From assembly GCF_006345805.1 (NCBI RefSeq), contig NW_021826342.1, positions 1 to 13,921 of the forward strand: a stretch of DNA of 13,921 bases, read 5' to 3'. This document shows positions 1 to 10,076 of the stretch, one piece after another (the first letter of the stretch is position 1; every line of letters starts with the position of its first letter). Below the pieces are notes generated by a model. It was not told where the DNA came from. It did no database searches and saw only the letters and a list, made by a program, of their open reading frames with translations. The position numbers and the translations under genes are program-made. This DNA is from Octopus sinensis (lineage: Eukaryota).

Positions 1-43
1 GACTGAAACAAGTAAAAGAGTAAAAGAGTAAAGAGTAAAGAGA
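1..43 (+). mobile_element. 3' tail of family-1 SINE, cut by the window edge
   Basis: GACTGAAACAAGTAAAAGAGTAAAAGAG matches the 3' end of the copy at 8710-9209 and the reverse complement of 9229-9265. Confidence 0.65.
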
Positions 44-281
44 GTATGTATGTATGTATATCGTCTGTTTGTCATTACTTCAATTCTTCCTCTGAGGAAG
101 GAGCTGCTCTTTAACAAAGATACAAAGCTCCATCGGTGCAATGTCAATAAGGAAAACACTTGAGAAAAGTCTTGTATATTTTCACTGTTCCACTGACAGA
201 CTGTATTTGGAATGTGCGAAGTAATTGATTTTTTTTACCCCCTGAAAATCCCAGCTTATCCAGATTGTAGGCATTTACTTA

Positions 282-285
282 ATAT

Positions 286-333
<48 letters not shown>

Positions 334-384
334 ATATATAATATATAAATTTATATATACATATATATACATATTATATTACAT

Positions 385-435
<51 letters not shown>

Positions 436-468
436 ATATTATAATATATATATGGATATATATTATAT

Positions 469-499
<31 letters not shown>

Positions 500-500
500 T
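282..500. repeat. Imperfect (TA)n microsatellite
   Basis: Almost pure A/T alternation. Confidence 0.95.
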
Positions 501-702
501 GAATTGAAGTAATGAAAAACAGAAGATATAGATAAATAAGAAAGGGAGACAAACTCAGGTATCATTCAAATCATTTATACTTCCAACATATGTTTCGAAA
601 AAGGCATTGAGATTATTCCGGAGCGAATAAAAATGATCTCAAAGCAATGCAATTATCTCGTCAGGTAAGAAAGGAACAAAACACATCAATAAGCCATTTC
701 AA

Positions 703-812
703 TCCATCCATCCATCCATCCATCCATCCATCCATCCATCCATACATACATACATACATACACACATACACACACACACATACATACATACATACATACA
801 TACATACATACA

Positions 813-848
<36 letters not shown>

Positions 849-849
849 T
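703..849. repeat. Compound (CCAT)n/(CATA)n/(CA)n microsatellite
   Basis: Read directly from the sequence. Confidence 0.95.
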
Positions 850-1215
850 GAGAAAATGAGATGAGAAGGGAATAAACGATTATCTTAAGAACTTCATTAG
901 CTTACAGCTGTTTCTGCTGTGAGATGCAGTGGACTCATAGTTGAACGCATTGCATGTTCGAAACTACGATGAATTTACGAGGTGTTAATCAGGGGCTCAA
1001 CAATGAGTCCACAACATTCTTTATACAATTGGTTTTTTTCCTTTGTAATCTCATTTTTGTTACCGCTCTGTACTCGATTAACACTTCGTTCAGAAGAATA
1101 CGCATATTGAGCTCTACACCAGGTTATTAGAATCGCAATGACTAATCGATGTATTTATTGTTGTAGAGTGGGTTCCTCACACTGGTGTGGTGGGTAACTG
1201 CCGTTGTACTGTAGT

Positions 1216-1641
1216 TGCTGTTTGTTTGTTTGTTTGTTTGTTTGTTGAGCGAAGGGGTCTCTGCCCCCAGAGCTCGCAAGATCACGCCTCAGGATTGTCT
1301 CTAGTGGGAGAAGTCCGAAACGTGGTCCTTTGCTATTCGTAAGACCCGCAGAAAGAAGCAGGTCAACCCCCGACACCGAGAGCATCGACGGATGGATGAA
1401 TGCGCATCCAGCCTCAGCGGTTGCGTAGGAAGTCGGGACCAAGAAACAGGAAGAAAGAGTGAGATAAAGTTGGAGCGAAAGAGTACAACAGGGGTCGCCA
1501 CTACCCCCTGCCGGAGCCTCGTGGAGCTTTAGGTGCTTTCGCTCAATAAACACACGCAACACCAACACCCGGTCTGGGAATCGAAACCGCGATCCTCCGA
1601 CTGCGAGTCCGCTGCCCTAACCACTGGGCCATTGCGCCCTC
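1216..1641 (-). mobile_element. Full-length tRNA-derived SINE, family 2, long-tail variant
   Basis: Minus strand starts GGCGCAATGGCCCAGTGGTTAGG (A box) then GGTTTCGATTCCC (B box). Head and core match 7074-7266. It ends in an (AAAC)n tail at 1219-1246. An 8-bp candidate TSD, ACTGTAGT, sits at 1208-1215 and 1642-1649. Confidence 0.85.
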
Positions 1642-1918
1642 ACTGTAGTCACTGTTTTACCCTAGTAACCACAATAGTTACAAGTCATCGGATACCGTTG
1701 CATCACTTCGTGCCGGAGCTGTAATACACTAAATTCTTCCGTCCTACTATCGCTGATAGCTTCACGAGGCACCGACTTGAGCTGTCGAATCTCAACTCTT
1801 CGACTCTTGACCCTCCCTTGACGACCGATTACTAGTTTATTTATAATGGCTGATTCCTACCACTTTTTACCAGGAAGAGTGTGCAGTTTTACTATACAAT
1901 ACATGCACATACATATAC

Positions 1919-1955
1919 ATGTGTGTGTGTGTGTGTGTGGTGTGTGTGTGTGTGT
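1919..1955. repeat. (TG)n microsatellite
   Basis: Read directly from the sequence. Confidence 0.95.
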
Positions 1956-2132
1956 ATCTTAGTACTCTACCTTTTCTTATAATGATAGTGATCAATAGAA
2001 ACCTGGAGCTTCGAGGCCCTTAAAATATTACTCATGTTTACTTTCATCTTCCTGAATGTTTTACATTCCATCGGGAAATACATGTTTTCGGTTCCTTATT
2101 CAAGTTCATAGCGTTGTTGTTCTAGAAAAAGC

Positions 2133-2278
2133 ATACACACATGCACACACATACACACACACACACACACAAACACACACAAACATCCACACACACACTT
2201 ACATATGAACACATACTCATGCATGTATTAAGAAAGATATCGAGACGCAACTAAATCACGTGAGCAAGTTACATACAG

Positions 2279-2312
<34 letters not shown>

Positions 2313-2550
2313 TATATATATATACATACATATATATATATACACACATATATATATATATACATATATATATATACATATATAAATATATATATACATA
2401 TATATATACATATATATACATATTTATGTACACACACATAATCGTACATATATATATATATGTATGTTTGTGTGTGTGTGTGTATGTAAGCATGCCCGTG
2501 TATGAATGTATGTATGCTTGTATGTATATACATATATTATGTGTGTGTAT
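2133..2550. repeat. Compound (CA)n/(TA)n/(TG)n microsatellite block with a short unique spacer at about 2205-2280
   Basis: Read directly from the sequence. Confidence 0.9.
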
Positions 2551-2740
2551 GTGTTTTACAAGATTACTTTTCTTTTCAAACTGTTTTCATCAGAAATGGT
2601 TAAGGCGTTCCATGTATTAGTTTGACGCTCAAGAAAAATAGAAAAGTCTTTGACGTTTCGAGTCTACGCTCTTCAACAGAGAGGAATAAATAGAAATAAA
2701 TAGAGAGAGAACGAAAAATAACGTGTTGAGTTCAGTGATA

Positions 2741-2953
2741 TAGGTGTGGCTGTGTGGTAAGAAGCTTGCCTCGCAACCATATGGTTCCTGGTTCATTACA
2801 ACAGCGTGGTAGCTTGGGTAAGTGTCCTCAACTATAGCCTTGGACCGACCAACCGATAGGGTGTGGATTTGGTAGACGGAAACTGAAAGAAGCCCGTCGT
2901 ATATATACATATATATATATATATGTATCTATCTGTGTGTCTGTGTTTGTCCC
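2741..2953 (+). mobile_element. tRNA-derived SINE, family 1 (CORE-like; resembles the octopus OK/OR-type SINEs), 3' part missing
   Basis: A box TGGCTGTGTGG, degenerate B box GGTTCATTAC, CORE-like CTTGGGTAAGTGTC, then GGATTTGGTAGACGGAAACTGAAAGAAGCCCGTCG and an internal (TA)n. Homologous to 8710-9209. The family label is from memory. Confidence 0.85.
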
Positions 2954-2955
2954 TT

Positions 2956-3281
2956 GCCGCCTTTAGTCGAGCAACTCGAACCAGGGACTTATTCTTTTGT
3001 AAGCCCAGTACTTATTCTATCGGTCTCTTATGCCGAACCGCTAAGCGACGGGGACATAAACACACCAGCATCGGTTGTCAAGCAATGCTAGGGGGACAAA
3101 CACAGACACACAAACACATACACATACATACATATACATATATACGACGAGCTTCTTTCAGTTTCTGTCTACCAGATCCACTGACAAGGTTTTGGTCGGC
3201 CCAAGGTGCCACGCAGTTGGACTGAACCCGGAACCATGTGGTCGGTAAACAAGTTACTTACCACACAGGCACTCCTGCGCC
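2956..3281 (-). mobile_element. tRNA-derived SINE, family 1, with a ~26-bp internal deletion and a clipped 3' end
   Basis: Reverse complement of the family-1 sequence; the head ends ...CCACACAGGCACTCCTGCGCC at 3281. Confidence 0.85.
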
Positions 3282-3282
3282 T

Positions 3283-3519
3283 ACATTATATATATATATA
3301 TTATATATAATATATATATATAATAACTTATGTATAAACGTGTATAAATGCATGGCTACACCTGCTGGGTTTTCTCAGGAAGAAGGGAAGAACAGGTGGT
3401 TGGTTACTGATATTAAGAAGCGTGGAGCTGGTAAGAGTGCATTCTCAATATACATACATATAATATATATATATATATATTATTATATATATTATAATAT
3501 ATATATATATATATATATA

Positions 3520-3559
<40 letters not shown>

Positions 3560-3561
3560 AT

Positions 3562-3605
<44 letters not shown>
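3283..3605. repeat. (TA)n microsatellites flanking a complex island at about 3345-3447
   Basis: Read directly from the sequence. Confidence 0.9.
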
Positions 3606-3764
3606 GTACGCGCGCTTGTATGTGTCTCACTTGCATTCTATATATGTATAACATACCTCACTACCCTCTTCTTACATGCAGATAAATATATGGAGATGTT
3701 GCTGTTTTGAAAGGGAGACGGAAATTAGAAAGGGGCAAAGGTTGAGAAGGGGCAAAAGATAGAA

Positions 3765-4018
3765 GTGTGTGTGTGAGAGAGAGGGGGAGAGAGAGATGGA
3801 GAGAGAGAGAGAGAGGGGGTGATTGGAAGTGCTTAGTTCGTCTCTTTGTCTCTCTGTCTATCGATCTGATCGTTCCCCTCTCTATCTCAGTCTCTCTCTC
3901 TCTATCTTCTTTTCTCTGTGTCCACACGTTACCAATTACTCCGACAATAGAATGATAGAGAGAGAGGGAGATAGAGATAGACAGATAGACAGATGGATAG
4001 ATAGATAGAGAGAAATAA

Positions 4019-4063
<45 letters not shown>

Positions 4064-4091
4064 TAGATAGATATATAGGTAGATAGATAGT

Positions 4092-4143
<52 letters not shown>

Positions 4144-4262
4144 GATAGAGATAGAGAGAGAGAGTGACAGAGAGAGAGAGAGACAGATAGATAGAAAGAT
4201 AAATAGATAGATGGATAGATAGAAAGATAGATAGATAGATAGATACATAGATAGATAGATTG

Positions 4263-4301
<39 letters not shown>

Positions 4302-4468
4302 CAGAGAGAGAGAGAGACAGAGAGAGAGAGAGACAGAGAGAGAGAGAGTCTTTCAAGGTGGTTATTATCTTCATCTGTCTCTATTCGTCTATCTAACCGT
4401 CTATCTCTCTCTTTCTTTGCTTCCGGCTTCGTCTCTTCTCTCATATTCTCTCTCTCACTTTCTCATTC

Positions 4469-4509
<41 letters not shown>

Positions 4510-4560
4510 ATCACACACACTCTCTCTCTCTCTTTCTCTCTGTCTGTCTCTCTCTCTCTC
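3765..4560. repeat. Compound (GA)n, (GATA)n and (CT)n microsatellite block
   Basis: (GATA)n at about 3970-4262, (GA)n at about 4284-4347 and (CT)n at about 4390-4560. Confidence 0.9.
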
Positions 4561-4770
4561 TGCATGTTACCAAACACACCAAGATGGCGGATGACGTACT
4601 CGCCGGGCGCCGTTCAAACGTTTCCCTTCCTGCAAAAGCTTTAATTTCAAACGCTTTGGCATCAAGCCAGTGTTTGCTTGACGCACTCGCTTGATCAAGC
4701 CACCACCGGCACCACCTACGCCACCACCTCAACCACCACCACCACCACCACCAGCAACAGCAACAATAAC

Positions 4771-4801
<31 letters not shown>

Positions 4802-4989
4802 ACATCAGCAGTTATATGCAATAATGGGGCAACAACATTAACGTTATTAACAAGAAACAAAGAATTTTGACAGACAGCTTTCGCATTGCAGTAAGCATTC
4901 AATTATTCAGATATATATATGTACATATGCTCATATATATGTATATACGTATGTATGCATGTATGTATGTATGTATGTATGTATGTATG

Positions 4990-5020
<31 letters not shown>

Positions 5021-5044
5021 TATATATGTATATATGTACATATG

Positions 5045-5075
<31 letters not shown>

Positions 5076-5193
5076 TTGTACATATGCACATATTATATAA
5101 TATATATATATAATATATACATTCATATGGATATATATGCGTAGATATATTGTGTCCCAACGTATGTATATTTACGCACACACACACACTACA
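4473..5193 (+). repeat. Copy 1 of a ~720-bp direct tandem duplication
   Basis: TGCATGTTACCAAACACACCAAGATGGCGG starts at 4561 and again at 5281. The shared sequence continues to ...GTCCCAACGTATGTATATTTACGCACAC in both copies. Confidence 0.9.
4580..4598 (+). promoter_or_regulatory. YY1 consensus CAAGATGGCGG followed by a CRE-like TGACGTA; second copy at 5300-5318
   Basis: Matches the core YY1 consensus and lies in a short CpG-rich patch within an otherwise CpG-poor window. Function not shown. Confidence 0.35.
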
Positions 5194-5701
5194 TCTCTCT
5201 CTCTCTCTCTCTCTCCTCTCTTTCCATCACACACACACGTTCTCTCTCTCTCTTTCTCTCTGTCTGTCTCTCTCTCTCTCTGCATGTTACCAAACACACC
5301 AAGATGGCGGATGACGTACTCGCCGGGCGCCGTTCAAACGTTTCCCTTCCTGCAAATCTTTAATTTCAAACGCTTTGGCATCAAGCCAGTGTTTGCTTGA
5401 CGCACTCGCTTGATCAAGCCCACCGGCACCACCTACGCACCACCTCAACCACCACCACCACCACCACCACCGCAACATACAACAGTAACATCAGCAGCAG
5501 CCCATAGCAGCAACACATCAGCAGTTATATGCATAATGGGGCAACAACATTAACGTTATTAACAAGAAACAAAGAATTTTGAGACAGCTTTCGCATTGCA
5601 GTAAGCATTCAATTATTCAGATATTATATTTACATATGCTCATATATATGTATAGGTATGTATGTATGCATGTATGTATGTATGTATGTATGTATGTATT
5701 A

Positions 5702-5741
<40 letters not shown>

Positions 5742-5791
5742 GTACATATGCCCACACACACACATATATATATATATTTGTACATATGCAC

Positions 5792-5823
<32 letters not shown>

Positions 5824-5892
5824 TTCATATGGATATATATGCGTAGATATATTGTGTCCCAACGTATGTATATTTACGCACACACACACACA

Positions 5893-5896
<4 letters not shown>
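5194..5896 (+). repeat. Copy 2 of the ~720-bp tandem duplication
   Basis: Co-linear with copy 1; differs mostly by small indels and microsatellite length. Confidence 0.9.
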
Positions 5897-5960
<64 letters not shown>

Positions 5961-6169
5961 TATATATATATACATATATATGCACACGGACATAGATAAA
6001 CATATGCACGTATATTCCTGTATGTATGTATGTATGTATGTAGTAGGTTTGTATATATACATATATGTATATGTGTATATATTATATATAATATATATAT
6101 ATAGTATATATATATATAATATATATATATATATCTCAATATACACACATAATTTCTCTCTCTTCTTTC

Positions 6170-6252
<83 letters not shown>

Positions 6253-6315
6253 TACATATGTATTTATTCAAATGCATATAAACACACACACTCACACACA
6301 CGCTCACACATACAT
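5897..6315. repeat. Compound (CT)n/(TA)n/(TATG)n/(CA)n microsatellite
   Basis: Read directly from the sequence. Confidence 0.9.
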
Positions 6316-6565
6316 ACACAGGGTACACCATGTTGTTACGTTTGTTTTAAATACATGTGGAAACTCCACCAACATGTTTATATATTCAACCGTTTCTAGT
6401 TGGTAACAATGGCCGTCATTAGGAGCAGTGGATACGATCTATTAGGTTTTCCATTTGAAGAGAAGCTTATAAGTAGACTAATCTTTCGGTCACGCTTATG
6501 GCCATCTTCAGTGTCAATAACCTGTTACTATATGTCTGCGTCATAGAAAGCAATACACATCAAGG

Positions 6566-6837
<272 letters not shown>

Positions 6838-7073
6838 AACACATTTATTTGCAAGTAAGTAACTCTCTGAAAAATTTAAATGAGTGAGTCACTTACTTGC
6901 AAATAAATGTGTTAACATGTGACATTATTGACCGAAGTTACCGTGGTCTTTTCCGTTGGCTTTTCTTTCCACGATACACCTTATCTGTTTCCCCCCTTTA
7001 CACTTTACCTCATGACATTTCTATCAGGCTGACTTTGGCGTCATTTGAATTCAGGGCGCCAAAGAAGAAACGT

Positions 7074-7361
7074 GGAGGCACATGGCCAAGTGGTTAGAGC
7101 AACGGACTCGCAGTCGAGGGATCGCGGGTTCAAATCTCAGACCGGTCGATGTGTGTGCTCATGTGCGAAACACCTAAGCTCCACGCAGCTCCGGCAGAAG
7201 GTAATGGCGAAACTTCTGCTGACTCTTTCGCCACAACTTTCTCTCACTCTTTCCTCCTGCATCTTGCAGCTCACCTGTGATGGACCGGCGTTCCGTCCAG
7301 GTGGGGAACCTATACGCCAAGGAAACCAGGAAACCGGCCCTTATGAGCCAGGCAGGCTCGA
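7074..7361 (+). mobile_element. tRNA-derived SINE, family 2, short-tail variant; left monomer of a dimer
   Basis: A box TGGCCAAGTGG and B box GGGTTCAAATC. The tail contains GATGGACCGGCGTTCCGTCCAGG, which resembles V-SINE-domain motifs (from memory). Stops at GGCTCGA. Confidence 0.85.
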
Positions 7362-7377
7362 AATAAATATATATATA

Positions 7378-7660
7378 GTGGAGGCACATGGCCTAGACTT
7401 ACGGTCGAGGGATCGTGGGTTCGAATCTCAGACCGGGCAATGTGTGTGCTCATGTGTGTAGCTCCACGCTGCTCTGGCAGAAGGTAATGGAGAACTTCTG
7501 CTGACTCCTTCGCCACAACTTTCTCTCACTCTTTCCTCCTGCATCTTGCAGCTCACCTGCGACGGACCGGCATCCCGTCCAGGTGGGGAACCTATACGCC
7601 AAGGAAACCGGGAAACCGGCTCATATGAGCCAGGCGGGGCTCGAGAAGGAACATACAAAA
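7378..7660 (+). mobile_element. tRNA-derived SINE, family 2; right monomer with a damaged A-box region and an A-rich tail
   Basis: Co-linear with 7074-7361 but with two short deletions in the 5' part; B box GGGTTCGAATC; ends GAAGGAACATACAAAA. Confidence 0.85.
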
Positions 7661-7982
7661 AAAGAAGAAACGTTGCTAGATATTCAGTCCAACGTTCTAA
7701 TGGTTCTATAATTTGCCGCCTCAAATTAACAACAGCAGTACCAACAACAACAACAACAGCAACATCATAATCTGTAGTTTTAAAATACTGGACGGAAACA
7801 TAAGCCCGGTCTTGTACTTCAGCGTACCAACGAATTATTTGTTGGCAGTGGTGACCTATATCTAACGGCGTTAAAGTTCACTAATGCATAACATACATAA
7901 ATAAAAAAAAGTAAGTAAATAAATAGATAAATAGATAAATAAATAAGAAAAGAAATAGCAAATGGAGGCACTAGAGGTTGCA

Positions 7983-8090
7983 ATGGTAGGAATCTTGTGA
8001 AAATCTGATTTGCAACGACTGTACATTCCAATAGAAGAGGGTGGTTGCGAATTACTGAATGTCAGAGAACTCGCTAAACTGAAGGCAGTT
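7983..8090 (+). pseudogene. Possible relic of a non-LTR retrotransposon reverse transcriptase (R4/Dong-like thumb region)
   Basis: The frame from 8001 reads KSDLQRLYIPIEEGGCELLNVRELAKL. This resembles the recalled motif K[SA]DxxRLY[LI]PRxEGGRGL. A frameshift separates it from upstream NGRNLVK. Confidence 0.4.
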
Positions 8091-8300
8091 ATCATTGTTT
8101 GTTGGCCACTAACTTTACAACCATTCCAACTACCCTCACCCCCCGGGGTATTTGTTAAGAGAATGAAGCAACATGCACTCACACGATGATGAGTACATTA
8201 ATTATATCTGAAGGAGGAAACATTCTCTACAGATACTGTATTGGATTACGAACCGTTGACGTAGAGACCGAAGACAAACAGCGGTAAAATATGAACGCCT

Positions 8301-8461
8301 GCTCAGGCGTGGTGGCTGTGTGGTAAGAAGCTTGCTTTCCGACCACATGGTTCAGGGTTCAGTTCCACTGCGTGGAACCTTGGCCAAGTGTCTTCTATTA
8401 AAGCCTCGGGCCAACCAAAGCCTTTTGAATGGAATTGGTTGACGGAAACTGAAAGAAGCCC
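8301..8461 (+). mobile_element. Family-1 SINE, head and core only
   Basis: GGTGGCTGTGTGGTAAGAAGCTTG, B box GGTTCAGTTCC, ends GGAAACTGAAAGAAGCCC. Confidence 0.85.
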
Positions 8462-8603
8462 TTTTACAGGGCTTAGAAAAAGTGAAGAACTGCTGCAATA
8501 AATGTGTGAATCTGAGAGAGGAATATGTTGAATAAAATCATAATTAACTGATCCTCCTGTCTTTTCTTTTACCAAAAGCCAGGAACTTTGCAGCAGCCCC
8601 TTC

Positions 8604-8709
8604 ATACATACATGCATACATACATACATACATACATACATACATACATAACATACATACATACATACACACACACTCACACACACACAAACACACACAT
8701 ATGTATATA
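8604..8709. repeat. (CATA)n/(CA)n microsatellite
   Basis: Read directly from the sequence. Confidence 0.9.
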
Positions 8710-9209
8710 GGCGCTGGAGTGGCTGTGTGGTAAGTAGCTTGCTTCCCAACCAGATGGCTTCGGGTTCATTCCCACTGCGTGGCACCTTGGGCAAGTGTCT
8801 TCTTGGGCAAGCCTCGGGCTGACCACAGCCTTATAAGTGGATTTGGTAGGCGAAAACTGAAAGAAGCCCGTCGTATATATATATATATATATATATATAC
8901 AACGGCGGTGCATCAGCATGGCCGCAGCTCTGAGCTGAAACTAGAAAAAAAAATAATATATATATATATATATAATGTATATGTATATGTTTGTGTGTCT
9001 GTGTTTGTCTCCCCACGATCCCTTGACAACCGATGTTGGTGTGCTTACGTCCATATAAATTAGCAGTTCGGCAAAAATATATCGATAGAATAAGTACTAT
9101 GCTTACAAAGAATAATTCCTGGGTTCAATTTATTCGACTAAATGGCGCTACTCCAGCATGACCGCAGCCAAATGACTGAAACAAGTAAAAAATGAATAAA
9201 AAGATAAAA
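8710..9209 (+). mobile_element. Full-length family-1 SINE with a nested insertion
   Basis: Head GGCGCTGGAGTGGCTGTGTGG, B box GGTTCATTCC, CORE-like CCTTGGGCAAGTGTC, internal (TA)n and tail TGACTGAAACAAGTAAAA. Confidence 0.85.
8901..8956 (+). mobile_element. Short 3'-tail-only retroposed fragment nested in the (TA)n of the host SINE
   Basis: GGCGGTGCATCAGCATGGCCGCAG...CTGAAAC plus an A-run, homologous to the family tail at 9144-9190, and flanked by (TA)n on both sides. Confidence 0.6.
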
Positions 9210-9228
9210 TATATATATATATATGTAT

Positions 9229-9499
9229 CTTTTACTCTTTACTCTTTTACTTGTTTCAGTCATTTGACTGCGGCCATGCTGGAGCACCGCCTTTAGTCGA
9301 GCAAATCGACCGCAGGACCTATTCTTTGTAAGCCCAGCACTCATCACATCGGTGTCCCTTGCCGAAACACCAAGTTACGGGGACATGAACACACCAGCAT
9401 CGGCTGTCAAGCGATGTTGGGAGGACAAACACAGACACACAAACACACACACATATATATATCTACATATACACGACAAGCTTCTTTCACTCCTGCGCC
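9229..9499 (-). mobile_element. Family-1 SINE with most of the head and core deleted
   Basis: (CTTTTA)n tail and complete 3' half. The junction GCTTCTTTCA|CTCCTGCGCC at about 9490 joins the core end to the extreme 5' end. Confidence 0.85.
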
Positions 9500-9872
9500 T
9501 CATATCAAAGGGAAATGGAAATTAATTAAAATTTTCCTTTCCAGTGGCCTAGCATGTAAAAATTTGGTCCAAAGACTATGTATTAGTCATAAAATACAGT
9601 GTACATCAAAACACATAAGGAATCCACTCGTGGGATTCAACACGCTAGAAAGAACAGCTAGGGATAAAATTAGGGAAAATTAGGGATAAAATTCGACAGG
9701 AACGAAATGAAAAAATAAAAACATTTTATCATCTAATTTCCTGGACCAATTGGTTTCTGATTTTAGTTTAGCATGTAAATAACTTTTACTCGCGATGTGA
9801 AATCTTTTTAAACAGGTACACCTTAGATCAAATATATAAACAGAGGAAATAACAATTTTGGTTTCAGTTTTT

Positions 9873-9975
9873 GACACAGGGCCAGAAATCTTGGGAGAGG
9901 GGCACGTCGATTACATCAACCCCAATATTCAACTGGTACTTATTTTATAACCCTAGAAGGATGAAAGGCAGAAGG
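9873..9975 (-). mobile_element. Headless fragment of a family-3 SINE
   Basis: GTCGATTACATCAACCCC...CTGGTACTTA...GGATGAAAGGC is the reverse complement of about 12140-12205. Confidence 0.7.
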
Positions 9976-9978
9976 CAT

Positions 9979-10075
9979 GATTTGGGGAAGACGGTGTCAG
10001 TCGATTACATCAACCCCTACTTTCTACTGTACTTATGTTAGAAACTCCCAAAGCACGAAAAGCAAAGTCGACCTT
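9979..10075 (-). mobile_element. Second, more decayed headless family-3 SINE fragment
   Basis: GTCGATTACATCAACCCC...GCAAAGTCGACCT matches the reverse complement of about 12129-12205. Confidence 0.65.
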
Positions 10076-10076
10076 A

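Noticed and set aside
541-670. ATG-less open frame ending at a strong donor CAG|GTAAGA (664/665)
   Set aside because: No clear acceptor or recognisable protein similarity; a single donor motif is expected by chance.
1155-1568. 137-aa minus-strand ORF as a CDS
   Set aside because: It lies almost entirely within a TSD-flanked SINE and shows no recognisable domain.
4566-4810. Minus-strand poly-Ala/Gly plus basic peptide (LIKRVRQANTGLMPKRLKLK...) as a transcription-factor exon
   Set aside because: There is an in-frame TGA in both copies, a frameshift in copy 2, and no credible acceptor.
6396-6524. Possible minus-strand terminal exon VIDTEDGHKRDRKISLL...
   Set aside because: Poor polypyrimidine tract and no homology that I can recognise.
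7074-7150. tRNA genes here and at about 1570-1640, 8710-8780 and 12040-12125
   Set aside because: A/B boxes are present, but there is no convincing acceptor stem and each continues into a SINE body.
9658-9692. TTAGGG-containing short repeat as an interstitial telomere
   Set aside because: Only two TTAGGG copies, within an 11-12-bp minirepeat.
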